A DNA stretch of 48,052 nt from Thermoprotei archaeon (GTDB lineage Archaea; Thermoproteota; Thermoprotei_A; EX4484-217-1). Both the position numbers and the translations under genes were made by a program. Positions 7,849 through 18,623 of this stretch are shown in pieces. The DNA lies in the NCBI GenBank assembly GCA_021158265.1, contig JAGGUY010000001.1, forward strand, positions 1-48,052, in the 5' to 3' direction. Every line of letters begins with the position of its first letter. Position 1 is the first letter of the stretch. A model generated the notes under the pieces. That model worked only from the letters and a program-made list of their open reading frames with translations, was not told where the DNA came from and made no database searches.

Positions 7849-9808
7849 CTATTTCACCGATGCCGTCCTTCGGCCTATAGCCCGGGGTTTTATTTAATAT
7901 TTCTATGAATTCCCTTGAACGTAAATATTCTATGAATTCTTTGACAGGTTCTTCATTTAAGGCATCTAGAGATATTAGGAAGTCATATTCCTCCTCTCTT
8001 AAAGGTATAAATTCGAGACCATAAATTTCAGCAATAAATCTTAAACTCACGCCTACATCAGCTCTTCCGTATTTTACGGCTGAAGCAACGGCGAAGTGTG
8101 TTTTCGCTTCAATCCAGTAGCCATCAATTCTTCTTTTAATATCCTCAGCACTTACTCCTCTCTTCTCAGCTATTTTGCTAATTAAAATGTCTATGAGAAC
8201 CCTTGTTCCGGAACCCTTATTCCTATTTATGAACCTAACATTTTTGTCTATGATGTCCTCAAAACCTCTAATTTTATGAGGATTACCTTTGGGAATAATT
8301 ATTCCCTGTTCTCTAAAGTACCCCTTAACTAATACGGCATTTTTAACATTGTATTTTCTAATAAATGGAATGTTGTATTGGGCTGTTTCCGGGTCAAGTA
8401 GGTGTAGTCCAGCAATGTCTGCCTCACCTCTCTTTATCGCTAAAAGCCCTCCTAAAGACCCTATGTTCAACATTCTAACGGAAAACTTGTTTCTTAGCTT
8501 ATCAAGTATTTTCTCAAGAACTGGGCAGTGGCTACCGATAACTTCAAGGTCTGAACCGTAATTTTCGGAGAACAAGTAAACATTTACCTCACTATTTTCC
8601 TCTAGGAAGCTCGTATTTTCAGGGACTACTATGAAACCATCACTTCTTGTAAGCCTAGCTATACTCCCGCTATCACCACCTACAGGAAATGCTATCAGTT
8701 TTCCTCTACGTATTAGAGCTACGGGAACAAATGTTCTCCTACCTTTTTCTCCGAAAACTCTGAAGGGCAATACTGCTTTAACAACGCTTGTCTTTTTAGT
8801 TCTTAGTCCTGCAAGCTTCCTTATTATGGGCTTAACTATGAGGTTATAATTCATAAGGCATGAAACAGGATATCCCGGTAATCCGAAAACCAATTTATTA
8901 TTGATAATAGCTATTATTGTTGGTTTTCCAGGTTTAACATTTAATCCATGAACTATTACCCCTGGCGAACCAAGCTCATCTAACACACGATACATTAGAT
9001 CCCCTATACCTGCTGATGTACTTCCTGAAGTAATTATCACATCGTAATTCTTGAGAGCATAGGATAGGGTTTCTTTTATTTTCTCATAGGAATCAGGAAG
9101 TATCCCTATGATTTCGGGGTCGCCGCCATCTTCCAGAACTGAAGAATATAGTGTGTATGAGTTTACATCGTATATTTTACCGTAAGACAATGGTGTTCCG
9201 GGTTTTACGAGCTCGTTACCAGTGCTAAGAATAGCTACTTTTGGCTTCTTAAAAACAAGAACTCTACTTACGCCTACTGCGGCTAAGGCACCTATTATCT
9301 GGGGTGTAATTACGGTACCCTTATAGGCTATAACTTCACCTATCATAACGTCTGATGCTGTTTGCGAAATGTTTCCTCCGAGAGATACGGACTTAAACAC
9401 TTCAATAATGTTCTCACAAACTTTACGTGTGAATTCAACCATTACAACAGCATCAGCACCTGGAGGAATAGGGGCGCCAGTAGCTATTTCAACAGCCTCT
9501 CCCGATTCAACACTTATCTTGGGGATTTCACCTGCCTCCACTTTCCCTACAACTTTCAATCTTATAGGGTTATTTTCCCTAGCCCCAGCAACATCAATAC
9601 TTCTCACAGCATACCCATCAACAGTTGATCTATCGAAAGGTGGCGAATTAACCTTAGCAACAACGTTTTCCGCTAAAACCCTACCTAAGGCTCTTTCCAA
9701 ACTTACTTTCTCAACACCTAAGGGTTTAAGCCTAACATACCTGACTATCTTTTCTAAAGCTTCCTCGGGAGTTACAAGTTTATGGAAAATTTTCCTCTTG
9801 ATCTCCAT
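7832..9808 (-). CDS. moeA: Molybdopterin/tungstopterin metal insertase MoeA with C-terminal PBP domain
   Basis: PPFDRSTVDGYAV, STGNEL, KPGKPT, GLPGYPVS; C-terminal GSLGGL..INRNKGSGTR. Confidence 0.92.
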   Translation of the reverse strand: MEIKRKIFHKLVTPEEALEKIVRYVRLKPLGVEKVSLERALGRVLAENVVAKVNSPPFDRSTVDGYAVRSIDVAGARENNPIRLKVVGKVEAGEIPKISVESGEAVEIATGAPIPPGADAVVMVEFTRKVCENIIEVFKSVSLGGNISQTASDVMIGEVIAYKGTVITPQIIGALAAVGVSRVLVFKKPKVAILSTGNELVKPGTPLSYGKIYDVNSYTLYSSVLEDGGDPEIIGILPDSYEKIKETLSYALKNYDVIITSGSTSAGIGDLMYRVLDELGSPGVIVHGLNVKPGKPTIIAIINNKLVFGLPGYPVSCLMNYNLIVKPIIRKLAGLRTKKTSVVKAVLPFRVFGEKGRRTFVPVALIRRGKLIAFPVGGDSGSIARLTRSDGFIVVPENTSFLEENSEVNVYLFSENYGSDLEVIGSHCPVLEKILDKLRNKFSVRMLNIGSLGGLLAIKRGEADIAGLHLLDPETAQYNIPFIRKYNVKNAVLVKGYFREQGIIIPKGNPHKIRGFEDIIDKNVRFINRNKGSGTRVLIDILISKIAEKRGVSAEDIKRRIDGYWIEAKTHFAVASAVKYGRADVGVSLRFIAEIYGLEFIPLREEEYDFLISLDALNEEPVKEFIEYLRSREFIEILNKTPGYRPKDGIGEIVRINL

Positions 9809-9812
9809 AGTT

Positions 9813-11078
9813 TTAAGCCTCTTCAATTATTGGATTAGTTAAAATAACCTCTACGGTATCTCCTTCATCATATCCTTCAAGCTCCTCAGGGACAACAAGT
9901 ATGCCGTTTCCAACAATTAATGTTGAAAGAATACCTGAACCAGTAGTTATTAATGGCTCAACGAAAACTTCACCATTTCTTCTAAAAACTCTTACTCTGA
10001 CGTAGCCTCTAACTCCAGGCTCAACATATACTCTCCTAACAAGTTTACCTTTAACTTTAGGTTTAGGAGGACTTCTACTTCCATATAGTCTATAGTATAT
10101 GGGTTCGAAAATAGCTAATAACTCAGTATAGGCGGCTACAGGATATCCCGAAAGCATGAATACGGGTTTTCCATTAATGACCGCGACAGCTAAAGGTCTA
10201 CCGGGCTTAATAGCTACACCACGTATGAAAACTTCGGGACCAAGAGATTTCACAGCTTCAACAGTGAAATCCTTAAGCCCAACACTAGTACCTCCCGTTG
10301 TAAAAACGAAATCTACTTTCGAAAGATAAAATGCCACCTTATCTCTAATTACCTGTAGATTGTCAGGAACTATTTCGATATAGGGTACGTTAACACCTAG
10401 TTCTTCTAAAAATGCTTTCACAAGATACATTGTTGAGGAAACTATCTTGCCAGAGTTAACGTCGGAACCCAAAGGTACAAGTTCGTCCCCTACTCCTAAA
10501 ACTGAGGCTACGGGTTTCCTGTAAACCTTAACTTTAGCTATATTTAATGTTGCAAGAAGCCCTATATGCCACGGCCTAATAACCTCCCCCTTTCTAACAA
10601 TAACCTGGTCTTTCTTTACGTCTTCCCCTTTAAGCGAAACGTTGTCCCACATCGCAACGGGCTTTAAAATTTCGACTTCACCTTCAGAAACTTTTCGGGC
10701 ATGTTCAGCCATAACAACAGCGTCTGCACCTATAGGGAGGGGAGCACCCGTTGTTACCTCTACACACTCACCATGACCTATCACGTACTTTTCCGGGGGA
10801 TCACTTGTGTGCATGAAGCCCTTAATTTTTAAAACCACAGGGTTTGTTGTTGAAGCATCACTTACGTCCTCTGCTTTAACAGCAAAACCGTCAACAGCGC
10901 TCCTATTGTAGGGTGGGAAATCCTTCGTTGAAACAACATCTTCTGCTGAAACATATCCAAGAGAACTTAAAGTATCCCTTTCTACAGTTTCAAAAGCCAC
11001 ATTTACCGCTGAAGAAACTTTGAACACAACATCATCAGGACTAGTTAAGGTCCTCAAAAACTTGTACGTAGAGTTCAC
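9813..11078 (-). CDS. moeA: Molybdopterin molybdenumtransferase MoeA
   Basis: PPYNRSAVDGFAV, TGAPLP, TGGTSVG, KPGRP; GTG 11078 follows GGGAG. Confidence 0.9.
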   Translation of the reverse strand: MNSTYKFLRTLTSPDDVVFKVSSAVNVAFETVERDTLSSLGYVSAEDVVSTKDFPPYNRSAVDGFAVKAEDVSDASTTNPVVLKIKGFMHTSDPPEKYVIGHGECVEVTTGAPLPIGADAVVMAEHARKVSEGEVEILKPVAMWDNVSLKGEDVKKDQVIVRKGEVIRPWHIGLLATLNIAKVKVYRKPVASVLGVGDELVPLGSDVNSGKIVSSTMYLVKAFLEELGVNVPYIEIVPDNLQVIRDKVAFYLSKVDFVFTTGGTSVGLKDFTVEAVKSLGPEVFIRGVAIKPGRPLAVAVINGKPVFMLSGYPVAAYTELLAIFEPIYYRLYGSRSPPKPKVKGKLVRRVYVEPGVRGYVRVRVFRRNGEVFVEPLITTGSGILSTLIVGNGILVVPEELEGYDEGDTVEVILTNPIIEEA

Positions 11079-11198
11079 TCTTTCTCCCTGAAGATAGTTT
11101 CTTAAATAGCATAGGGGAAAAGCTTGGATATATAAGTGTTGACTTTGAAGCAAGGTGAGAGAATTAGTAAAGAAAGGGTTTAAAAAGTTTTAGCTAGG

Positions 11199-11456
11199 TT
11201 ATTTAGGTGCTTCAACAACCTCAACCGTCTTCCTACCAGCAGACCATGCAACAGCCTCTAAGATTATCAGTAAGGCTATTGTTCCGATGTGAGCGCCAAT
11301 GTCCGCGGGTACCTCAACAGCCTTGGATTCTGGAAACACTGGTGCTTCGGCATATCCCAACGAAATTATTGCCGTAGCCAATAGAAAGACTATTACCAGC
11401 CATATTATAAAGGTAACGTCTCTCTCCTTACCTTTTACTTCGTACTTTACTGACAA
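11199..11456 (-). CDS. Small membrane protein of unknown function
   Basis: Two hydrophobic helices; GGTGA RBS upstream of a TTG start; divergent from the symporter. Confidence 0.65.
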   Translation of the reverse strand: MSVKYEVKGKERDVTFIIWLVIVFLLATAIISLGYAEAPVFPESKAVEVPADIGAHIGTIALLIILEAVAWSAGRKTVEVVEAPK

Positions 11457-11595
11457 AAATCTTCACCAGTAATATATGCTCTTAAACTAAATATATAAAT
11501 TTTAACCAACAATGCTCTTGAAGATAGAAAAATTTTTTTATCTTAGAACAAAACATTAATAACGGAATTTATCACCTTAAGTTCGGGGTATTGTC

Positions 11596-13110
11596 ATGCA
11601 GAACGTAATAATAGACCTAATAAACTACATTGACGGTATTGTCTGGGGCCTCCCAATGATTATACTGCTAGTATCGACCGGTGTTACGTTAAGCATACTC
11701 GGCGGCTTCTACCAAATAAGAAAGTTCCCACTAGCTGTTAAAACAATTATGTGGAAGGGTAAGAGGGGAGCTGGAGAAGTACATCCATTCAAGATCTGGG
11801 CAATGGTCATGGGAGCTACCGTCGGCGTAGGTAACATCGCTGGTGCTTCAACAGCTGTACATCTAGGCGGTCCCGGTGCTGTCTTCTGGATGTGGATCTG
11901 CGCTATTCTAGGTATGGCTACAAAGTCCGCTGAAGTAACACTAAGTTTATGGTCTAGAAAAGTTCTCCCGGACGGAAGAATCGAAGGAGGAACACCATAC
12001 TATATTAAAAGAATACCTATCATCGGCCCTGCATTAGCTATACTATTCTCGCTGTTCGCATGGATTGCAGCTTTCGGTATAGGCAACATGGTGCAAGCTA
12101 ACAATGTAGCTCTCGGCGCAGAGTATGTAGCTAAGGCTTTAGGCTGGCCTGTTTTTGAAACAAGACTCGCAACAGGCATTATAATAACAATTGCTACCGC
12201 ACTAGTAGTCCTAGGAGGCATTAGAAGAATTGCCGAAGTCGCTAACTACATGGTGCCATTCATGGCAGCATGGTACATAATATTCGGCTTAGGACTATGG
12301 ATAATATATGGTTACAACTTCGGAGACACAATAGCGAAGATATTCACTTACGCATTCACACCAATGGCTGCTGCGGGAGGTTTAGCAGGCTGGAGCGTCT
12401 ATAACGCTATTAGATACGGTTTCGCAAGAGGACTATTCTCCAATGAGGCTGGTCTAGGTAGTGCACCAAACGCTTACGCATTCGCCGAATCAGACCACCC
12501 AGGAAGACAAGGATTCTACGGCATATTCGAAGTATTCATGGACACGATAGTCATATGCACCATAACAACAGTCGCAGATATTATAACAAAAGCCTACATT
12601 GAAAGACCGGATCTTTCAGGAGCAGCCCTAGCTATGGAAGCATTCTTCAGAGGTTACGGTATTTGGGCGCCTATAATCATGGGCATAGCTCTGGGCTTAT
12701 TCGCCTACACTACGATCCTAACATGGGAGTGGTATGGTGAAGTTAACTGGAGATATTTCTGGGTAGTAACATTAAAGCTACCTGAGAAACCGATGCTATG
12801 GATTTGGAGAGTTCTCTGGATAATACCATTAATTCCCGCTGCGGTTGCCGGATCACTCTTCGAAACATTCTGGACATTCTCAGACATGACTAATGGGCTT
12901 ATGGCCATTCCGAACTTGATCGCAGTGGTATACTTCGCTCCAGTAGCTCTTAAGCTAATCAAGGACTTCTATAGCAGACATGTGTATGAAACAGGAGAGG
13001 TAAGTGGGGGAGCAGCACCAGCAACGGAAGCTGTCAAGGAGTTCGTTAAGGACTTCATAAGGGCAATGTATACACCAACATATAAACTAATAACTGAAAA
13101 ACGCGCATAA
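11596..13110 (+). CDS. Alanine/glycine:cation symporter (AGCS family)
   Basis: ATVGVGNIAG, GGPGAVFWMW, RGLFSNEAGLGSAP, DTIVICTIT, GLMAIPNLI. Confidence 0.93.
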   Translation: MQNVIIDLINYIDGIVWGLPMIILLVSTGVTLSILGGFYQIRKFPLAVKTIMWKGKRGAGEVHPFKIWAMVMGATVGVGNIAGASTAVHLGGPGAVFWMWICAILGMATKSAEVTLSLWSRKVLPDGRIEGGTPYYIKRIPIIGPALAILFSLFAWIAAFGIGNMVQANNVALGAEYVAKALGWPVFETRLATGIIITIATALVVLGGIRRIAEVANYMVPFMAAWYIIFGLGLWIIYGYNFGDTIAKIFTYAFTPMAAAGGLAGWSVYNAIRYGFARGLFSNEAGLGSAPNAYAFAESDHPGRQGFYGIFEVFMDTIVICTITTVADIITKAYIERPDLSGAALAMEAFFRGYGIWAPIIMGIALGLFAYTTILTWEWYGEVNWRYFWVVTLKLPEKPMLWIWRVLWIIPLIPAAVAGSLFETFWTFSDMTNGLMAIPNLIAVVYFAPVALKLIKDFYSRHVYETGEVSGGAAPATEAVKEFVKDFIRAMYTPTYKLITEKRA

Positions 13111-13153
13111 AACGATGAAGAGCTCATATAAACTTTTTCTTTAAATTTCTGTT

Positions 13154-13831
13154 TCACTTTCTAAACGAAGAACATTCAATTATGTTCTTTAAACACTCTG
13201 GCGGAACATACTTAGCAACCCTAATGCTATCTGAGGCAATGTATATTCTAAATCCTTTTCTTCTAAGACACTCAGCATCTACAACCAAAACTACAGCGTT
13301 TAATCCATGTCTTTTAGCTACTTCGCATGCATCCTCAACTTTCAAGGTTAAGTGCACATACTTTCTCCTCATAGGCTTAATACCCTCCATTAAAATTCTC
13401 TTCAAATCCTTATAAACCGTGCCATGATATAGTATTTTAGCATTAACATCTTCAGCATATTTTATATTCACATTTAGCATAATATTATGACCATACCGAG
13501 CCCTTATCTTACTATCCTTAATTTCGAATCTTCCTTTAGGATCAAGAATAGCTAAGGCTACTATGTGCTCCCTAGTAATCCACTGATAGTTTTCCTTACG
13601 ATACCAGTAATTTTTTATTCCAAAAACTAATTCGTCAATACTAACCCATCCTTCAGAATCCATTTTAACACGTATAGACTCAGGAGAATGGCGAAGAACG
13701 AAAGATAGAAGCTTACTTAGCCTAGTGCGCCTACGTGAATCTAAAAGCAGCAATGCTTTTCTACCGCAGTGAACGGGCTTTTCAACGTATTTACCACATA
13801 TGCTGCACTTATAAATGTCATTTGAAACCAA
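13154..13831 (-). CDS. kptA: RNA 2'-phosphotransferase (Tpt1/KptA)
   Basis: LSKLLSFVLRH, KGRFE, IRARYGHN, LYHGT, RKYVHLT. Confidence 0.92.
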   Translation of the reverse strand: MVSNDIYKCSICGKYVEKPVHCGRKALLLLDSRRRTRLSKLLSFVLRHSPESIRVKMDSEGWVSIDELVFGIKNYWYRKENYQWITREHIVALAILDPKGRFEIKDSKIRARYGHNIMLNVNIKYAEDVNAKILYHGTVYKDLKRILMEGIKPMRRKYVHLTLKVEDACEVAKRHGLNAVVLVVDAECLRRKGFRIYIASDSIRVAKYVPPECLKNIIECSSFRK

Positions 13832-14018
13832 TTGGTTTCAATACCTCCAACCTGGCAGCACTATAAATGTTACTACAATTTCTCTGTAAAATCTTTTTGA
13901 TAGAAATAGGTAATGAACTTACGGCAACACATGAAATAAGCTCATTATGTTATGATTGTTGATTACGAAAAAATTTATTATAGTCTCAAAAACTATTTGA
14001 TGTTGGTGAAGAAAAAGT

Positions 14019-15653
14019 ATGAAAATGGCTAAGGCCATTTCGAAAACGGCAGCAATAGCTTTAGCAGTAATACTCATAATAGCTATAGTCGCTGGCGCAT
14101 ACTTAGCAATGCAACCTAAACCTACACCTACAGAAACCTCTCCAACAACTACAGCATCTTCTTCACCAACAACTACGACTCTAGCAGTAAAGAACCAAAT
14201 AGTAATAGGAGTTACCGATAAGGTTTCGGATCTAGACCCAGCTAACGCCTATGACTTCTTCACATGGGAGGTACTGCAAAACACTATGGAGGGACTAATG
14301 AAGTACAAGCCTGGAACAACAGAGCTAACATACGGTATAGCGGAGTCCTATGAAGTTAAGGAAGACGGTAAAGTATACATTTTCCATCTAAAGAAGAATC
14401 TGAAGTTCGCTGATGGAACACCATGTACTGCACATGATGTTGTAAGATCGATTAAGAGGGTTATGAAAATAAACGGTGATCCAGCATGGCTTGTTACTGA
14501 GTTCGTAGAGGATGTTGAAGCACTAGATGATTACACAGTAAAGTTTACGTTGAAAAAACCGGTATCGTACTTCCTAGCACTAGTAGCTACACCACCATAC
14601 TTCCCAGTACATCCAGCATATAAGCCAGACGAAATAGATAGTGACCAAACAGCAGGCGGTTTAGGACCATACAAGATTGTTAAGTGGGTTAGAGATCAAG
14701 AACTAGTTTTAGAAGCGAACCCATACTATCACGGTGAAAAGCCGAAGATAAAAACCGTAATTATAAGGTTCTACAAGGACGCAACAACACTAAGGCTAGC
14801 GCTTGAAAGAGGAGAAATAGATATTGCATGGAGAACCCTTAACCCAGCCGATATAGAAAGCCTAAAGAAGAACCCGAACTTCCAAGTAATTGAGGTTCCA
14901 GGAGCAGCCATAAGATACATCATAATCAACGTTAAAATGCCCGGAACAGATAATAAACTGGTTAGACAAGCGCTAGCAGCTGCAATAGATAGAGTAGATA
15001 TTTCACAAAGAGTATACCTAGGAACATGGACACCGCTTTATAGCTTAATACCTAAGGGTATGTGGAGTTACAAACCAGTTTTCAAGGAGAAGTATGGTGA
15101 AAGAGCAAATCTGGAGCTAGCCAAGAAGCTACTTAAAGAAGCAGGTTATAGCGAAGACAAGCCATTAGAAATAGAATTATGGTACACACCAACACACTAC
15201 GGTGATACAGAAAAGGACTTAGCAGCAGTACTTAAAGAGCAATTCGAAGCAACAGGAATGATTAAGGTAACAATAAAGAGCGCAGAATGGTCGCAATACC
15301 TTGACTTCGCAAGGAAAGGTGCAATGCAACTATCACTATTCGGATGGTATCCAGACTACATTGACCCCGACGATTACACAACACCATTCCTCCACAGTAA
15401 AGCGAACAAATGGACAGGTTCAGGATACGCTAATCCGAAGGTTGACGAATTGCTTGACGAAGCAGCTATCAAGCTAACTCCAGAAGAGAGAACACCATAC
15501 TATGAGCAAGTACAGGGGATATTAGCAGACGAGGTACCGATTATACCGCTAGTTCAGGGCAAACTCTTCGTAGCAGCTAAGAAGAACGTTGGAGGCATAA
15601 TACTGGATCCGACAATGCAGTTTAGATACTGGCTACTATACTGGAAAGAGTAA
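14019..15653 (+). CDS. Peptide ABC transporter substrate-binding protein (family 5)
   Basis: N-terminal anchor, Thr-rich linker, LDPA, KFADGTP, GPYKI, WYPDYIDP. Confidence 0.92.
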   Translation: MKMAKAISKTAAIALAVILIIAIVAGAYLAMQPKPTPTETSPTTTASSSPTTTTLAVKNQIVIGVTDKVSDLDPANAYDFFTWEVLQNTMEGLMKYKPGTTELTYGIAESYEVKEDGKVYIFHLKKNLKFADGTPCTAHDVVRSIKRVMKINGDPAWLVTEFVEDVEALDDYTVKFTLKKPVSYFLALVATPPYFPVHPAYKPDEIDSDQTAGGLGPYKIVKWVRDQELVLEANPYYHGEKPKIKTVIIRFYKDATTLRLALERGEIDIAWRTLNPADIESLKKNPNFQVIEVPGAAIRYIIINVKMPGTDNKLVRQALAAAIDRVDISQRVYLGTWTPLYSLIPKGMWSYKPVFKEKYGERANLELAKKLLKEAGYSEDKPLEIELWYTPTHYGDTEKDLAAVLKEQFEATGMIKVTIKSAEWSQYLDFARKGAMQLSLFGWYPDYIDPDDYTTPFLHSKANKWTGSGYANPKVDELLDEAAIKLTPEERTPYYEQVQGILADEVPIIPLVQGKLFVAAKKNVGGIILDPTMQFRYWLLYWKE

Positions 15654-15757
15654 ATAAAACAAAACCAATTTAAACCATTTTTCCCTCACCCATAATGTCC
15701 CCGGAGGACTGTGTAACCAAATAGCACATCCCAATTTAAAGTAAAGGTAGATTGTAA

Positions 15758-16774
15758 ATGGCATCTCTAAGAACATACGTCATAGTAAGAACTTTAATGA
15801 CAATACCTATCGTTCTTATTCTACTTACGCTTGTTTTCATAATTCTACGTGTCATGCCCGGAGACCCCATAACCTCCATGGTAGGTATGAAAGCTCCACC
15901 TGAGTACATTGAAATGCTAAAGGAGAAAGCAGGGCTAAATAAACCGCTAATAATTCAGTACCTCGACTATCTCTTCGGCATTTTAAGAGGGGATTTCGGA
16001 AGATCTCTTATTTGGGGTGAACGTCCGGTTCTATATGAAATATTTGACCACCTACCTGCAACAATAGAGCTAACAATATTTGGCTTCGCAGTAAGCGTCA
16101 TCATAGGGTTAATTACGGGAACAATCGCAGGGGTAAGGAGTGGAACAAAAACAGATAATGCTCTCAGAATATACAGCATACTTGCCTACGCTACGTTTAT
16201 ACCATGGCTTGGAATGATGTTCCAACTTATTTTCGGTGTTTACCTTAAACTTCTCCCGATTAGTGGTAGGATAGAGCCGTCTCTCACAATAGATTGGAAA
16301 CCCGTAACAGGACTTTATGTTTTAGATGGAATACTTACAGGAAGGCTAGATATAACTATTGACGCGTTAAAACACTTGATACTTCCATCAATCACGCTAG
16401 GAATTGTTCTCTCCGGAGCATACACTAGACTTGTAAGAGCAAACATAATAGAGGTCCTAGGTCAAGACTTCGTAAGAGCAGCTAAAGCTAGAGGTCTCAG
16501 CGAAATAAAGGTTCTTAGGCATGTGCTTAAAAACGCATTTATACCCGTACTAACGATGATGGGATTACAGTTCGCAATACTTCTAACGGGAGCTGTACTT
16601 ACGGAAACAACGTTTTCATGGCCGGGTATGGGAACATTTCTTCTCGAAAGAATAAAGTATGTTGATTACACAACAATTCAGGGAACGATAGTTTTCTTTG
16701 CCCTCTTCGTTTCGATAGTCAATCTCGTTGTTGACATACTTTATGCGTTAATAGACCCCAGAATAAGGTATTGA
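15758..16774 (+). CDS. Peptide ABC permease (DppB type)
   Basis: MPGDP, DFVRAAKARG EAA loop, DILYALIDPRIRY. Confidence 0.93.
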   Translation: MASLRTYVIVRTLMTIPIVLILLTLVFIILRVMPGDPITSMVGMKAPPEYIEMLKEKAGLNKPLIIQYLDYLFGILRGDFGRSLIWGERPVLYEIFDHLPATIELTIFGFAVSVIIGLITGTIAGVRSGTKTDNALRIYSILAYATFIPWLGMMFQLIFGVYLKLLPISGRIEPSLTIDWKPVTGLYVLDGILTGRLDITIDALKHLILPSITLGIVLSGAYTRLVRANIIEVLGQDFVRAAKARGLSEIKVLRHVLKNAFIPVLTMMGLQFAILLTGAVLTETTFSWPGMGTFLLERIKYVDYTTIQGTIVFFALFVSIVNLVVDILYALIDPRIRY

Positions 16775-16786
16775 AGGAGTGATTGT

Positions 16787-17653
16787 ATGAACATAGTTAA
16801 TGCCATCCTAGAAAAACTTAAAACAATGGGTCTACTAAGAAACTCTAACGCACTCTTTAAGGCTGGAATAATAATAGTAGCGGGTATCATTATTCTTTCG
16901 GCACTAGCCCCATTATTAACGCCCTATAGCCCTATAGTTGGTACAGGTGATGAATTAGCACCACCGTCACTTAAGCACCCCATGGGAACTAATAATTTAG
17001 GCTACGACATGTTTTCAAGGGTACTATATGGTGCTCGAACGGTTCTCACAGTAGTTGTTTCTGCAACACTTCTCTCAATGGCTATAGGTGTACCTTTAGG
17101 TCTAATATCAGGTTACTATGGAGGTAAAGTAGATAGAGCAATATCTATCGTAATGGATAGCATGTACGCTTTCCCAAGCCTAATATTAGCATTAGCCATA
17201 GCCGCAGTATTGGGAGCAAGCTTAATTAACGCAATAATAGCTATAGCCGTAGTTTACGTACCAACATACTTCAGAATGGTTCGTGGACAAACACTCTCAA
17301 TAAAATCCCTACTATACGTTGAAGCAGCAAGAGCTCTAGGAGCTTCTGACTCAAGAATAATAACAAGGTATGTTTTCCCAAACCTCCTACCCACGGTTCT
17401 CGTAGTTTTCTCCATGAACATAGCTGACGCAATACTTACGGAAGCAGGACTAAGCTTTCTAGGCTTCAGCGTTCCACCACCAACACCTGATTGGGGCGCT
17501 GATCTTAGGGTTGGACACTCCTTTATGCTTGCTGGTTACTGGTGGCTCGTAGCATTCCCCGGACTTATGATCATGCTTTTAGCCACAGGATTCGCACTAA
17601 TAGGTGAAGGTTTAAGCGACATTTTAAACCCTAGAAGGGAGGCTGTAGGCTAA
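16787..17653 (+). CDS. Peptide ABC permease (DppC type)
   Basis: HPMGTNNLGYDMFSR, YVEAARALG, EAGLSFLG, PDWG. Confidence 0.93.
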   Translation: MNIVNAILEKLKTMGLLRNSNALFKAGIIIVAGIIILSALAPLLTPYSPIVGTGDELAPPSLKHPMGTNNLGYDMFSRVLYGARTVLTVVVSATLLSMAIGVPLGLISGYYGGKVDRAISIVMDSMYAFPSLILALAIAAVLGASLINAIIAIAVVYVPTYFRMVRGQTLSIKSLLYVEAARALGASDSRIITRYVFPNLLPTVLVVFSMNIADAILTEAGLSFLGFSVPPPTPDWGADLRVGHSFMLAGYWWLVAFPGLMIMLLATGFALIGEGLSDILNPRREAVG

Positions 17654-18603
17654 TGACGCTTCTCAAAATAAATAATTTGAAAGTATATTACTATACGAGA
17701 AGAGGTATTGTAAAAGCCGTAGATAATGTATCTTTAGCCATGAATAAGGGGGAAATGGTTGGGCTTGTAGGTGAAAGTGGGAGCGGAAAGTCCACATTAG
17801 GCCTTTCTATAATAAGAGTTTTACCTCCTCAAGCAAAAATCATTAGCGGATCCGTGATTTTCAACGGAACAGATCTTCTCAAGCTAAGCGAAAGGGAAAT
17901 GAGGAAAATTAGAGGTAAGGAAATAAGTATGGTATTTCAAGACCCACTAACAAGTCTTGACCCGCTTCAGAAAATAGGTGACCAAATAGTAGAAACAATA
18001 CTTGAACATGAACCTAACATTAGCAAGCAAGAAGCATACAATATGGCGAAAAAGGCGCTTCAGGAAGTCGGAATACCGCCGGATAGAATAGGCAACTACC
18101 CCCACCAACTATCTGGGGGGCAAAGGCAAAGAGTAATGATAGCTTTAGCTATGGTTCTAAAACCGAAGCTTATAATAGCTGATGAGCCAACAACAGCTCT
18201 CGACGTTATAGTTCAAGACAGAATAATGGAGCTTCTATCGGCTCTGAAGAAGGAATATGGAATGTCAATACTTTTCATAACACATGATTTAGCATTAGCT
18301 GCTGAAAGATCAGACAAAATAGCTGTAATGTACGCGGGGCATCTTTATGAATACGGTAGCTCAACTGACGTAGTAAATAAGCCTCTCCACCCATATACTG
18401 AAGGTCTTATAGAAAGCATACCCGATGTGTTTATGAGAAAAGAGATTAAAGAAATTCCAGGACAACCGCCTGATTTAACTAAGCCGCCTTCTGGGTGTAG
18501 ATTTCATCCGAGATGCCCCTATAGAATGCCTAAGTGTAGTAGAGAGGAGCCACCAATACTACAGGTTAATGGTAGGCTTGTAAAATGTTGGCTTTACAGC
18601 TAA
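17653..18603 (+). CDS. Peptide ABC ATPase (DppD type)
   Basis: [33 protein letters not shown]. Confidence 0.94.
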   Translation: MTLLKINNLKVYYYTRRGIVKAVDNVSLAMNKGEMVGLVGESGSGKSTLGLSIIRVLPPQAKIISGSVIFNGTDLLKLSEREMRKIRGKEISMVFQDPLTSLDPLQKIGDQIVETILEHEPNISKQEAYNMAKKALQEVGIPPDRIGNYPHQLSGGQRQRVMIALAMVLKPKLIIADEPTTALDVIVQDRIMELLSALKKEYGMSILFITHDLALAAERSDKIAVMYAGHLYEYGSSTDVVNKPLHPYTEGLIESIPDVFMRKEIKEIPGQPPDLTKPPSGCRFHPRCPYRMPKCSREEPPILQVNGRLVKCWLYS

Positions 18604-18623
18604 GCAAGAGGGTTTGATAAGGC

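Noticed and set aside
7832..11078. Tandem moeA pair with PBP fusion
   Set aside because: Well-known arrangement in Mo/W-using archaea
15695..15712. Small GTCC/GGAC hairpin between the binding protein and permease genes
   Set aside because: Only 4 bp; too short to support a call
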